Shown here: positions 25,501 to 37,481 of the stretch, piece by piece | Numbering within the stretch: the first letter of the stretch is position 1 | Layout: every line of letters starts with the position of its first letter | Notes under the pieces: model-generated | Seen by the model: the letters and a program-made list of their open reading frames with translations, nothing else | What the model was told of the DNA's origin: nothing | The model's database searches: none | Assembly (NCBI RefSeq): GCF_008831285.2 | Contig: NC_045138.2 | Span: forward strand, 6,820,001 to 6,884,000 | Length of the DNA stretch: 64,000 bases | From: Nymphaea colorata | Lineage: Eukaryota | Direction: 5' to 3' | Made by a program: the position numbers and the translations under genes

Positions 25501-28500
25501 TGAGAATGTGCATGTGGTGCCATTGATTTTGAGTGAAAGTGAATGCATGAAACGAGAATGGAAACTATATGGAACATTTATTCTTCTCTCTCTCATAATT
25601 CCTCAAGATTCATTCATATGAAACATACATTCTTCACTCCCCCATAATCTCTCAAAGTCCGTATTGCACGTCATACAATCTATGCATGAAGATTGATTAA
25701 AATGTAGGACTTTCTCTATATGTGATCATTATATGATTAAGCACATGAATTAGAGATGTAGTCCATAAGCTTGAGGCTTGACATAAAATTATCAAAATGG
25801 TGAAAATATATAAATGATGTCAAGTTAAATCTTTGAAATGGATGGGAGACGTGGAGGACATCCACTTTTGTCTCAAAATAGCTAAAAATCAGACATTGTG
25901 TTGATTTAAATAGCTGAAAATTGTCGACATTGATTCCAATAAATATGTTGTTTCTTAGATGGAAATGACAAGTCTTTCAAATAGATTCAAATTTCAGATT
26001 TGATAGTAATGAGATCGTCAACTCTTTTGGATGATTCTAGGATAGTTGGTATTTCAAATATGTAAACTTTGACATTCTTAAACCAATTCCTATGAAACAT
26101 GATCTGATTTCAACAACATACATACATCTTACGTATGGATTTGCTGAAATTAAGTAAAAATGAAATGAAAATGATTCATAGTCTTGCACTAGGAAAATCA
26201 ATAAAAATGGCCCATTTCCTTAAAAACCGATTTGGAAACATGTTCCAACCTGATTTTAAGGGAGGAATGTAATTTTTGACAAGAAATCAGATACATATAT
26301 GTACATATATAACAATGTATACATATACGTACCTTACTTTTCAAAATGAAATTTTATCAAGGGACCGCATGACTCATGAATCATGATGATTCATGGCTGG
26401 GTTCTTTTATGTAGGAAGATTGAAAACTTGTTTCAAATCTTCCCTACTACCCTTGATTAATTAAATTGAAAGACATGAATCAAAATGACTGTGAATAAGA
26501 AAGAAAATAAAACAATACTCAAGCTTATTCGTCATCATTTCGCCATGCAATGGTGGATCACATTCATAAAAACGTATTCATCCCTTATAGGCATTTTCAT
26601 CATACGTGATGTAGCAAAATCACTCTCTCACCGTGGGATTCTCTCATAGTAGGGAGTTCAAAATGGTATTAAGTTGATTCCTTTGAAAGGGACATGGCCT
26701 TGGGGCCCATTTCAAAATTTGATACTTGGGTTCATATTTAAGAAAAACCGACATATGCATGCATTAACATGTACATTGAAGCGTAGGTTTCCCTTAGCTG
26801 GACATCATTCCCAGCCGTAAGCAAATGAAAATAAACCCTCCCATGAATTGCTGGAATTAAAATAAATCAACAATAAGCTAAAGTAGAAGAGAAGTGAGTT
26901 AAGATCACTTACCTTGCGGTCGGTCTTGATGATTGTCCTTCGTCTTCACTTGTTTTCTTACTCAAGCAATCCGAAGCAAGAATCCAACCGTGGATTCAAG
27001 CTTAGCAAAGCTAGAATAAGAAATAGCTTGCTTGCTGGAATTTGGAGTGGTAAAGAGGGCTTCTCACCACGAAAATCCTAAGTATGGGTTCACTTAAGCA
27101 CCCTAACTTAGCAAAATCAATGGGGAGAATAGAAGAAAGTGAAGAAGAGAATGGGAGAAAAAGGGGAAGGGGGCTTGGACGAACCTCTTCTCTCTTCCTT
27201 GGCTTCTCTCTCTTAGGTCCTTGGCTGCAGCAATTTGATAGAATGCTCCAAAATTTCGTCCCTCCCCCTTGGTGGTCAAGGGGAGGTTTATATAGAGGAG
27301 GAGGTGGGTTCAACCACCTTCTTAACTCACCTTGGGAACTTGCTTAAGACCTTGGGGACTTGTAAAATGAGTTAAATAGACTTTAAAGGCTCTAATTGAC
27401 CATTTCTCAGCCCATTTCCACGAGCTAGGTGGGCTGGGCTAGGTTTGGTCAACATGGGTTCAGACCTAGGTGACCATTTTGACCAAAATTTTGGACGAAA
27501 ATGCCCTTGCACAGGGTTTTGCCCTTATTTTGTACTATTTATTTATTTTTTGTTTCAAATCGAGCTTATAAGGTTAAAACCTAGTTACTAAGCTCCAAAT
27601 GCCATTGAATTATGATAATTAAATTTAAATTTTAATAAAATTTAAAAATTTTATCAAATTTGGTTCGAAAAGGGTATTTTCGTCCAAAACTTGATTGAAA
27701 ATGGATTTCAACTGAATCAAACTTTCACTTGAGAAATTCAATTTAAATTTGGTATTTGATTCATGCATTTGACAAATTCAAATGTTTATTTGCCTTTCAT
27801 AAACCATTTTAGGTTTAAGTTGACCGCAGAAGGGCAAAATTGTCCAAATTGATCAATTTCGACCAATTGACCAAAGTCAAAGCTCATTTGCAAGTAGTTT
27901 GACTTTATTTGAGGTAATTTGATAAATTTGGGTCAAGAAAGCTCTTAATTGAGCTAAATTGTACTTTGACTGAGTTTAGTCAAAGTGGGTTTGGTTCGGT
28001 CAAAGTCTATTTTCGTCCATTAATTAGATCATGAGACAGACTTACGTTTTGACTGTGTTGAGCCCATGGTGACCGAACCTAGCTGGAATTGGCACCACAT
28101 TTGAGTGCACCCGGGTCAAACCTACTTGGATTAAGTAGGTTAGGTGAGTTTGACCAGTCTAGTAATTGCTTCCTTGAAAATGATTTTTTTCTTTAAGGAG
28201 GACCTGGTTAAAGAAGAGAGAGAGACATTATGTCTCTCTTTTCTTAGGTTTCTCCTTTATTTCTTCTTGAAAATGACTTTTCTTCAATTAATTTGAGAGA
28301 AAATATTTATTTATTATTTTTTTGACATGGAGGGGGCATGGCCCCTGGGGGGGCTCTTGACCACACGGGCTAGGTGGGGCCCACACGTGGGTCCCACGTA
28401 GCATTTTAGACCTAAGTCAAAATTTGCATTTTGCAATTGGATTTGGATTTCAAATGACATTTGCAATTGAATTTGGACTTGTAATCCTGCATTGGGATTC

Positions 28501-31500
28501 GTGTATCGGGTTAAATTCACGATTTGAATCTAATTGTTCTTTAGATTCGAAATTGGCTTTGAAATTGCAAATTTTCACAATTCTTTTTTGAAATTTTCAC
28601 ATTGCTTCAATTTTGATGTGGAAAAATTTGGGGTGTTGACACCTTGATAAACCCTTACAAGAGGGAAACCCAAATACACACACACACGCACTCAGTGCTA
28701 ATCTCTCCTCCCAAAGGAATACCCGATATCTTCTGCGATCCCCTAATTACAGCTGTCCAACCGTTATTTATACCTGTTCTTGGGTCAGTCAAATGAGCTT
28801 GACCCATGACCTAGAACCCTGTCCCTAACAGTGGCACATAGTCCTCTCCTCATCCTTCTTTTTTTGGAGAAGGGAGAGGAAGAGATTCTTTTCTTATTTG
28901 ACAAGAGAGGAACACATAGTTTTAAAGGGTGCAGACTTAGCTTCCAAAAAGAAAATCCCAAGAGACGTGTATATTTTTCTGGAGACTGTATTTCAAAAAG
29001 CATGTACCTGTGCATGTCAGTGTCAGGCTCGGTCTCAAGAATGTCCAAGAGTGACATTTCATGGTTTTGCAAGTATCCATGTAGGTAGTGTAGCATGTGA
29101 AGATCATTCTCAGCGGGTAGTGGTTATGAAAATTTTCCATCTACATCGGTTTGTCATGTAAGAAGTGGTAGAGGCACAATTAAGGTTGATCTTGGTTTTG
29201 AAGAGTTTGGAAAGTCAAATGAGTCTAATGAATTTAGGTAGCAATTCTTGTTGACATTTTCTTGGATATTTCCAATAAACCCCCAAAAATAGGTAAAAAT
29301 AGCATAAATGAAAAGCTAAAATAAGGATATAAAAAATGTACTATATCAGTTAAAATTTGCAATTAAACACTAATTTGTATGACAAACAAAATTAACAATT
29401 AAAAAATAAGTGACATGTAATCTTTATATCAAACTTATAGGTTCAAAGTGGTAGGCTGATTGGAACCTTTTTCCATCAAAGGAAAATACATTTAGATGGT
29501 ATGTACTGCCATCCACCAAGTAAACAACGAAAAGTTTGCACATTGAGATGATGATTCTAAAATAGTTCATACAGGTGTTAGGTCAGATCAACTATCCGAT
29601 GGCAATTCAAGCTTTCTTTCCAACTGAATCATGTAACTGCAGAAGCTTTCATTACCATTCCATTTATGTCACTTGCTTTTGTTATCTCAAGACCGGATTT
29701 GAAGCAGGCAATGGAAGTGATGGAGGCCATTACTTGATGCAGTATCAAAACGAAAGTATCTTGAATGCCTGCTCCACTCTTGTTCAAGCTTCAAGTCCTG
29801 TCATCTTCCCTGTTGTTGTAAAAATAACTGCTTATAATAGCATAATGGTGTTAATATGATAGAATAGTACTGCATCTATCTTTACAGAACTCAAAACATC
29901 ACAAAGATTTGCTACTTTGGGCAGTTACCATATGTATAGAACCTGCAGTAATGTGTTATTTCAGATGCACTGCACGAGTGCACGTATCATCTTATTGGCT
30001 TATTCGGCAAGTCAGTTTCCTTTATTTCCATGGGAAGAGTGTGACTATCTGGATAACTTTGTTTTTTTTCCCACACAGGACACGGTACTTTTCCTCTCCT
30101 AGGAAGGGGCATAATCCATTGCAAGGGAGGGCTTATTACCAATTGCTGGAGTGCCTTGGCGTATTTCTCTCTCTCTCTCTTTCTCTCTCTCATATAAGGG
30201 AAAATTTTCATACATATGTATTTGATTTCCCTCATGATTATTCATTAGAATCTTATATTACAAAGATACGTTAATTTCTTGAAAAAATATGATCAAATAA
30301 AAGGAAATAAGCTACATTTTCTTTAGCATTATGCCATTATCAGACATCTCTAAGAGTTTTGACATTTAATTAGTAATTACATATTTTTATAAACATAACG
30401 TATAGTCAATAGTGTATACAATCATATAAACAACAGAAGTATACAAAAAATGAACTTGAAATGTATTTTGCAATGATAAATTCTATCCTCATTTGATGTT
30501 AAAAGAGAGAGAGAGGGAGAGAGTTAATCAGGAAAGAAAGGGTAGGCTATTCAGTAGTGAAGAGAGAGATATAAAAGTTAGTTGATTAGCTTCCTAATGT
30601 ATTATCAAAATACGCCTTTTTTTGTTAAAACTTAAAAGTTTTCTTAAATGCCATGTGTTAGCTGTAATGACAAAGTTGCAGTTATAAAATATTAACTCAG
30701 TTACAACATCTAAGAAATTGTCCTCTCGTTTTGAAAAAGTTATAAAAGCAATTCCAGTGGCCAATGCTTTACCCCTCATCCAGTTCTAGTAAGTAGTGTA
30801 TATTTGGATATATAGGGGACCTAGACCAGGCATTCTTATAATAAATTGTCTTCAAAATTTTAACTTTATCAATGGCTGTATAATGTCAAAAAGTCAAGCA
30901 ACGAAAGGTCATGAAAATCCAAAGTCTAGATAAGATTTTATAAGCTGAAAAAGCTATAACTTTTGGTCTTCAAACTTACAGGAAAGCACATTGAAGTTTT
31001 AGTTCTTATAATGTGATTTTTTCTAAGGTATTATACTTTTTTTTGCATACCTTTCCCTGAAGTTTTAGAAGAAATGTTTTTCAATATCTTGAGATGCTTG
31101 CTTATATCCTCAGAATAATTTTCCTGGTTGTTCGTATAATGCCGTCTGCTTTATCATTTAGTAGTTTTTGCTTTGCTAAAGAGATCACCTTTTTTTATTT
31201 TTGTCCCACATCTTTTCCCCAACTTTTTGAATTATTTCTTTTTCAATCACTTGAATGGTCGACTTATATGCTAAGGACAATGTTCTTGGATGTTCTATAT
31301 AGAGAGCACTAACAGGATTATGTGAACAGGTAATAAGAATCCATTCTCCTTTGAGGGCTGCAAGGGACCAAAATTGCTCTGACATACCCAACAGAGATGT
31401 GATAAGGCATGCTCATACGGCTGCACTTCGACTCAAGAGAGCTCAGGATGGTCAGCCAGAAGGTTTGGGACAGTTTGGCAGATGTAAGGTATGGGGCATG

Positions 31501-31728
31501 GTAGGCTCAGATGCAGGTCCGGTTTCTGGGGCACCTGACATGAACTTAACACGGAAAAATTCAAATTATATGAAGTGGGAAGTCATGCCATTTGAAAAGC
31601 TAAGGAAAGAAGCCCAGGAACATTATATTGAGATGGAAGGTGTTTCACTGTACAAGATGGATGGCAACAGGTTGGATGAACTTGTCTGTGTGAAACATGA
31701 CATAAGGTCAAGGCTCAGTTCACATTAA
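9311..31728 (+). CDS. SIA1: Sialyltransferase-like protein, glycosyltransferase family 29 (SIA1/MGP2-type), ~471 aa, 11 exons
   Basis: GT-AG exons: 9311-9407, 9499-9578, 10304-10390, 10480-10557, 10633-10724, 10809-11010, 13294-13384, 15671-15729, 15968-16116, 30079-30160, 31330-31728 (1416 nt, in frame). N-terminal TM anchor; sialylmotif [30 protein letters not shown]; motif [51 protein letters not shown]. An alternative in-frame ATG lies at 9266. Confidence 0.93.
14500..14912 (-). mobile_element. AT-rich MITE copy related to 47763-48180 (inverted orientation)
   Basis: The reverse complement of ~14830-14910 aligns by eye with 47763-47840 (TTTAAA.GGC.AGGTTTTT...GGTATA.TATGGCGA); boundaries approximate. 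Confidence 0.55.
17904..18827 (-). pseudogene. Captured, decayed, intronless class I formin FH2-domain fragment
   Basis: Minus-strand translation across frameshifts: [113 protein letters not shown]. Confidence 0.9.
19700..20146. repeat. Tandem duplication of a 216-bp unit inside the LTR element
   Basis: AACCCAAAAATGACTTC starts at 19700 and again at 19916; the second unit has an extra 15-bp duplication. Seen as a 72-aa repeat in ORF 19477-20208 (-). Confidence 0.92.
21312..28641. mobile_element. 7.33-kb palindromic (foldback) insertion with LTR-type termini and 5-bp TSD
   Basis: Arm 21312-24916 is the reverse complement of arm 25067-28641. Ends are TGTTAACACCCC...GGGGTGTTGACA; CCTTG is duplicated at 21307-21311 and 28642-28646; the spacer is 150 bp. 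Mirror ORFs at 22697-22963 (+) and 27011-27313 (-). Confidence 0.95.
22682..22689 (+). promoter_or_regulatory. TATA box-like motif in the left palindrome arm (mirror at 27287-27294, minus strand)
   Basis: CTCTATATAAACC, followed downstream by a CT-rich tract and a donor-like AAG/GTAGGT at 23062; this resembles the layout of long gypsy LTR promoters. Confidence 0.55.
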
Positions 31729-32307
31729 GCAGATAAGAATCTGGGTACAAGAATATATTTTGCACAATAACTGTGTATCTGTTCATTAAGATAGAGAAAG
31801 CCAAATTTTTTCCAAGAGATAGTTCCATCGAAGGAATTTGAGAAATATAAAGTGATGCCATGCCATCTGTAAATTCTCTCCACTCGTTTGTATATCATGG
31901 TGATCTCCCCAAGTGCCAACTGCTTCTCTGTAATTGTGAAATTTTTCATGTTATCTTCTTTTGCTGATTCAATCCGTGTGTCATCGTTAGGTAATGTTTT
32001 GCAGTTCAGTTGAATTTGTTGTCTTATGACAGCTGTACTTTCAATGTTTTCTGTGGATTCTTCAGTGTGTGAGATGCCATGGTAGGGTCTTTTAGGCACA
32101 AGGACATAAATCTGCTTCAAGTTGATTAGCTTGCCCTCTTCTTCATTGGGACCGATGGGCCTGTTGATGTCCTATATCCACCATCCATCATGGTGGATTA
32201 AGGGCAGATTCATATCTTTCTCTAGAAAACAGATTTTGGGGATCTCATGTCCTGCAAAAAACCATTGAAATATCACCATTCTTTGTGTGTAGTATACACT
32301 TTATTTG

Positions 32308-35300
32308 TGTTGACGATGAGGGAGTTTTTTGAATATTAAAGAACTTGACAGTTCTTTAATTACTTTCAATATTTTTTCTGGTTTATATTGTAATTATACT
32401 TTGTGCCCTAGTTTTCCTTAAGTAAGGGTTAGGGTGAGTAATTGATATCTTGTTTTCTTCTCCAACAACACGGTATCAAAGCAGGCAGCGTGACTCCTGC
32501 AGGCAGTCGCGACCGTCCGACTTCTGGCGACCTTCTCTTCTCCGGCAACATGTCCTCCTCTTCTTCTCCTCTTCCTCTCTTCTTTATGTTCTGGTCGGCG
32601 GCCATCAGCAAGGAGCGTTGTGTGAAGGAGTCTGTTCACGCTTAGAAATATGCTTGAATAAACTCCAGTCATGGATATCAACAAAAAGATTGGCGCAGCT
32701 GTGTGGGAGTCTATGTCGTTTAACATCTTATGGACTGACGTCGTTCTATGATCAATCAAGTGGACTGTTGAGTGATTAGGCCAATATACTGAAGCTGAAA
32801 TCTGTTGAGTGATTTTATCCTTTCTACGAACTAGTTGTTCCCCTTTAGAAACTATTACAGTTAGTGGATACTATTTTGTTGTGTTTGACTGTCTTGGATA
32901 CATCTCTAGATATCTGCTGGTCTCCCTTTATTGCTAACACATAGTGGTGGTTCAGCAGTCTACTTAAAATGTGGAGATTTTTTTTTTTTTTTGATCTACA
33001 CTATGGAGCATAAGGATACTACAGCTGATACGTAAGGGGAGTATAAAATGTTAGGGAATCTTTTTTCATTTGGGTCTACTGTGAAGCTAGACGGTTCAAA
33101 CTATGAGATCTGGTCCCTTGTATTTATGATGTCGGTTAAGGGGCACAGAAGGAAACATGTTATTGAGGAGAATGAATCATAAGTAAGGAAAATATTTGAC
33201 ATGGGAGGAGGATAACAATATTGTTATGTCATGAATTATGAATAGCATGCAGACACACATCACTCCTACTATTGCATATTATACTTATGTCAAATATATG
33301 TAAGAATTTTTGAAGCAAACATACTCTCACGACAAGAACATTAGCAAAATTTTACAGGTTGAAAAATAACTTCTTAAACTCTAATAGGGTGACTCAGATC
33401 TTGCCCAATATTTCACTTGAGTCAAATCAATCTATAAAAGGCTCAAAGCGCTATGTCTTCCTTGTCAATCATGCTACAAGACTCACTTTGAGCAACACAT
33501 AGTGACAAAATTTTTATCTGGGTTATCTCCTGATTCTGCAGTTGCCAAAGCCCAATGTTGACTGGGGCTGAAATTTTAGATCTTGCTCAGGCCTATAACA
33601 GGCTAAGTCATTTGGTTGTAACTCGCTCTCCATCCCCGACAGATGCACTCGCTTTAGCATTGGTAGTCTCAGGAGGCCGTAGGCAGGCCTTAAGTAGAGG
33701 GAGAGGTGGTTGTGGCTCAGAAGGTGGATATAGTAGATTTCAATGCACTTTCTGTGGAAATCTTAGACATTTAGAAGATAAATGCTAGAATAAATATGGT
33801 CGCTCAGTCACCATAGTGAACCGAGGACTTGAAGCATCATGGCTTAAGGGTTCTTCTCATATCCCGAAGGCTTCACATGTTGAAGATAGCAGTGCAAGAT
33901 CAACTGCAAAAAGGTCTAAATAAGTATCAGTAAATCTGAGTATGAACAATTTTCTGAGTATGAACAATTTCTGGCTCAAAAGCCTCATCTTCTGCATCAG
34001 CATCTACAGTTGTGGGTGATTCTGCCTTCTCCACCAGTATGAAAACCCAGAATCTAGGTATTTCACGAATCATTGATTCTCAAGTCTCCAAGCATTTTTG
34101 CAGTCAACCAAACTTATTCATTGTGCTTTATCTTTTTCCTCAACTTAGACAGGTGAAGCTTGTAGATGGAAGATTCTCTTCTATTATCAGCTCAGGTAGT
34201 GAAAAAAAATTTTATTATTCAATTGTAAATAACGTGTTGTTTGCTCCTAACTTTCCCACTAGTCTTCTCTCAGTTAAAGAGTTTACTTATGATTTGAACT
34301 ATAGAGTTAATTTTTATCCTGGTTCGAGTTGGTTTCAGGACTTACAGACTTGAAGGACGATTGGTGGAGGCCATGAGCGAGAGGTGTCTATTTTTTATCT
34401 GAGTCAGTGTCAAAACTTTGTTACTTGTTTCTTTAACTTTCTATGTCAGTCACTTCAGTGCGAAGCCTGTCAACTTGGGAAGCACAATAGGTGTAGTTTT
34501 CCCTCGAGTCTAAGTCATTTAAGTCATAGTATGTTTGATTTACTTTATGTCGATGTGTGGAGTTCTAGCTGTACTACTAGCAGGTCCAAATTTTGATATT
34601 ATTTTGTCATAGTTAATGATTTCTCTCATGTTAGTTGGGTCTTCTTGCTGAAGGAACATTTTGCAGTTATATGTATCCTTCAAAATCTTATCATTGAAAT
34701 AAAGACTCGGTGTTTTTGTTAAGTCTGTTCACACTGACAATGTTGTGCAATTCAAATCCTCCACTCTATTACAATTTTAATCAAAAGATGACATTGTTCC
34801 TCAATTTACCTACCCACATTCCTCGTAACAAAATGGTGTTGCAGAGAGAAAGCACCAACATTTGTTGGAAGTCGCTCGTATTCTTATGCTACATAGCCAT
34901 GTACCATCCTATTTTTGGGGGATGCGATCTTAACTGCATGTTATCTTATTAATCACTTGTCATCCTCATCTATACTTAACAAAATTCTCATTCAAATGTT
35001 TTATTTTGATCATCCATTGTTTCAAACTCCACCTCGCATATTTGGTTGCACATGTTTTGTTTATACGCTTGGTCAAAAGCATGATAAACTTGTTGCCCAA
35101 ACCCAAAAATGTGTCTTCATTGTTTATCCCAAGAACTAATGAAGATACAAGTGCTTTGACCTCACTCAGAAAGAGTATGTCAGTATGGACGCCACATTTT
35201 TTGAGTCTAATCCATATTCCTCATGCCCATCTACCTCATGGTTTGAGATGCTCCCTCAGTGTTCTTTGTCTATCCCACCATTCTTGCTTATGTCTCTTCC

Positions 35301-36428
35301 AAGTTCGTCATCAACACTCGGGAATCCAAGTGGGCCTTCTTGGCCATCCAACTCATGGCCTTGGCTTTCTAGAGAATCCTGCTCCTGTGTCATAGGACGC
35401 TCGGCAGTCCACCGGGTGGGTTATCCTTTTAGCCCATAGGAACAAGAAGTACCTTGTGTGTGTGTGTAGAAGGGTGGGGGGGGACATAGTCCTTTAATTT
35501 GATTATGCCTAGATTCTCCATACATACACACATATGGCTCCATCGTCGATTAGTGATGGTCGCATCTCCATGGGAACAAACAGAGACAGAAAGTTCGGAT
35601 AGTTGGAGAATCCCTTTCACCCTTTCCAAATCCAACTTTTGGACCCTCCTTTGATCTACTCTTGTCGACATAGTCCCTTGCATGGCTCTGCTCCATCAAC
35701 CTCTCATGAGATAAGTGTGCCCGACTCCTTAAATGCTCATCTGGCTAACTATGACTCACATGATCTCTCTATTGCCTTGCGGAAGGGCAAACATCAATGC
35801 ACCATCCACTATTAAAGATAGAAAATTTACTATTGGGTTTTGTTTTTTTGTAGGAGGAAACCCTATATTCTAGAGAAGCAAGAAACAGAGTGTGGTCTTA
35901 AGGTTTAGTCCTGAGTCAGAATATAGAGTCATGGCTCAAACAACAGCAGAAATGACATGGGTCAAATCCATGCTTGAAAGACTTGATACTCAAGTTCTAC
36001 TACCTATGACAATGTTTTGTGATAACAGGGCAGCTACTTATACTGCAAATGCAAATAACCTGGACTTTCATGAAAGAACCAAACATATTGAAGTGGACTG
36101 TCATTACATTTGTAACTTCGTTCAAGGAAAAGTGGTTTCTACAACTCATGTGGCTTGTGAAGAACAAATTACTAATATCTTTACTAAAGCTCCTGCAATT
36201 AGTGAATTTTCAAAGTGTTATAACAAGCTGAGCATGGTAGATATTTATGCTCTAGCTTAAGGGGGAACATTGATGATGAGTGAGTTTTTTGAATATTAAA
36301 GAACTTGACAGCTCTTTAATTATTTTTAATATTTTTTCTGGTTTACAATGTAATTATACTTTGTGCCTTAATTCTCCCTTTAAGGATTAGGGTAAGTAAT
36401 GGATATCTTTTTTTCTTTTCCAACAACA
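32308..36428 (+). mobile_element. Degenerate Ty1/copia element with internal deletion of RT
   Basis: LTRs 32308-32470 and 36268-36428; TSD ATTTG at 32303-32307 and 36429-36433; degenerate PBS CGGTATCAAAGC at 32471-32482; PPT AAGGGGGAA at 36259-36267. Remnants of the Zn knuckle (CTFCGNLRHLEDKC), integrase ([21 protein letters not shown]) and RNase H (MFCDNRAA...HERTKHIEVDCH); many stops. Confidence 0.92.
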
Positions 36429-36891
36429 ATTTGCATAACAGATCTAATTTCAGTATTTTTTTGTGCTGCACAGCTCTCTCTAACTTCTATTTTATATACA
36501 ATCACTTATCTAATCTCTCCATTTACCTTTGTATTCCAACATTTACCAGAACCTATTAAGGTTGGCTGTTAACTCTATTATACGTCCTTCTGTTAGAATT
36601 GTAAAAACGTCTTATTATACCTTTATGAGCTTTGCAGTATACATATACGCGGGCAGCCGATATTTCAGTAAAATAATAGTATTATTTTTAACTTGAATTC
36701 GTCAGTATGACCTGATGATACATGCAAATATTTATAGGCTAAATAGCAAGCTTATTAGAATTTCCAAAATGAGACGGAATTCAATACTGAATATTGATTT
36801 CTCTGAGCTGATTCGGTTAAAAAAAAGAAACAGAAGATTATCTTTCTATTTTATTAAAACTATTACAAGGAAAAACCTCTGAATGAACCAT

Positions 36892-36925
<34 letters not shown>

Positions 36926-37439
36926 CTACTAGACTTTCATATTATGTGATTTTGATAGGAATCATGTAGATCATGGATTATAGGGATATAGGGAGATAGA
37001 ATGTTTTTCAAGAGTCCAAAATACCCCTAAATAAATAACACTAATTTTGTTTAAGGAAACTCATTGGTTTCCTTCTTTCTTTCTGTCACATCCTTTGAAG
37101 GGTATTTCAGGTATTTAATAAAAAAACAACTTGCCTTCTATTTTTGCAAGTAAATCTCCACCATTTGATCTCCTTGAATCGACGGCTTAGATGAAGTCTA
37201 GACATGTACATATAGTAAGTCAATGATGACATTGCTTATCCATTGTCACCGATCCATCTAACTGTGGCCATTCATATTAAATCGATGGATGATTGAGAGA
37301 AGAATAAAAAAAAAAAGTGAACTGCAATGTTGCATTTTTGCCATTGTTTTTCTCTTAACAATTTATCATGTTGAATCAAACAGTCTTATTAAATGACTGT
37401 GTGACTTGAAAAGCCAAAGTAACAATTTATTTTTCCTCT

Positions 37440-37481
<42 letters not shown>

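Larger units (their letters stand above)
17440..28830 (-). mobile_element. Non-autonomous LTR retroelement (gypsy/chromovirus-derived, TRIM/LARD-like) in GT29 intron 9, with a nested palindromic insertion
   Basis: LTR 17440-17656 (217 bp, TG...CA) and split LTR 21291-21311 + 28647-28830. TSD GTGGC at 17435-17439 and 28831-28835. Minus-strand PBS TAGTATCAGAGC at 21278-21289; PPT AAGGGGGAAG at 17660-17669, preceded by an LEDKVFFKG remnant typical of chromovirus pol ends. No RT or integrase found. Confidence 0.92.

Noticed and set aside
22681..27347. Mirror ORFs 22681-22963 and 27011-27347 as genes
   Set aside because: Short, overlapping on both strands and without recognisable domains; they are a by-product of the inverted repeat.
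21312..28641. Palindrome as a long-read adapter or assembly artefact
   Set aside because: The arms differ by substitutions and by 23-, 9- and 2-bp indels, the spacer is unique, and the interrupted LTR resumes after an exact 5-bp duplication. Read-level confirmation is still desirable.
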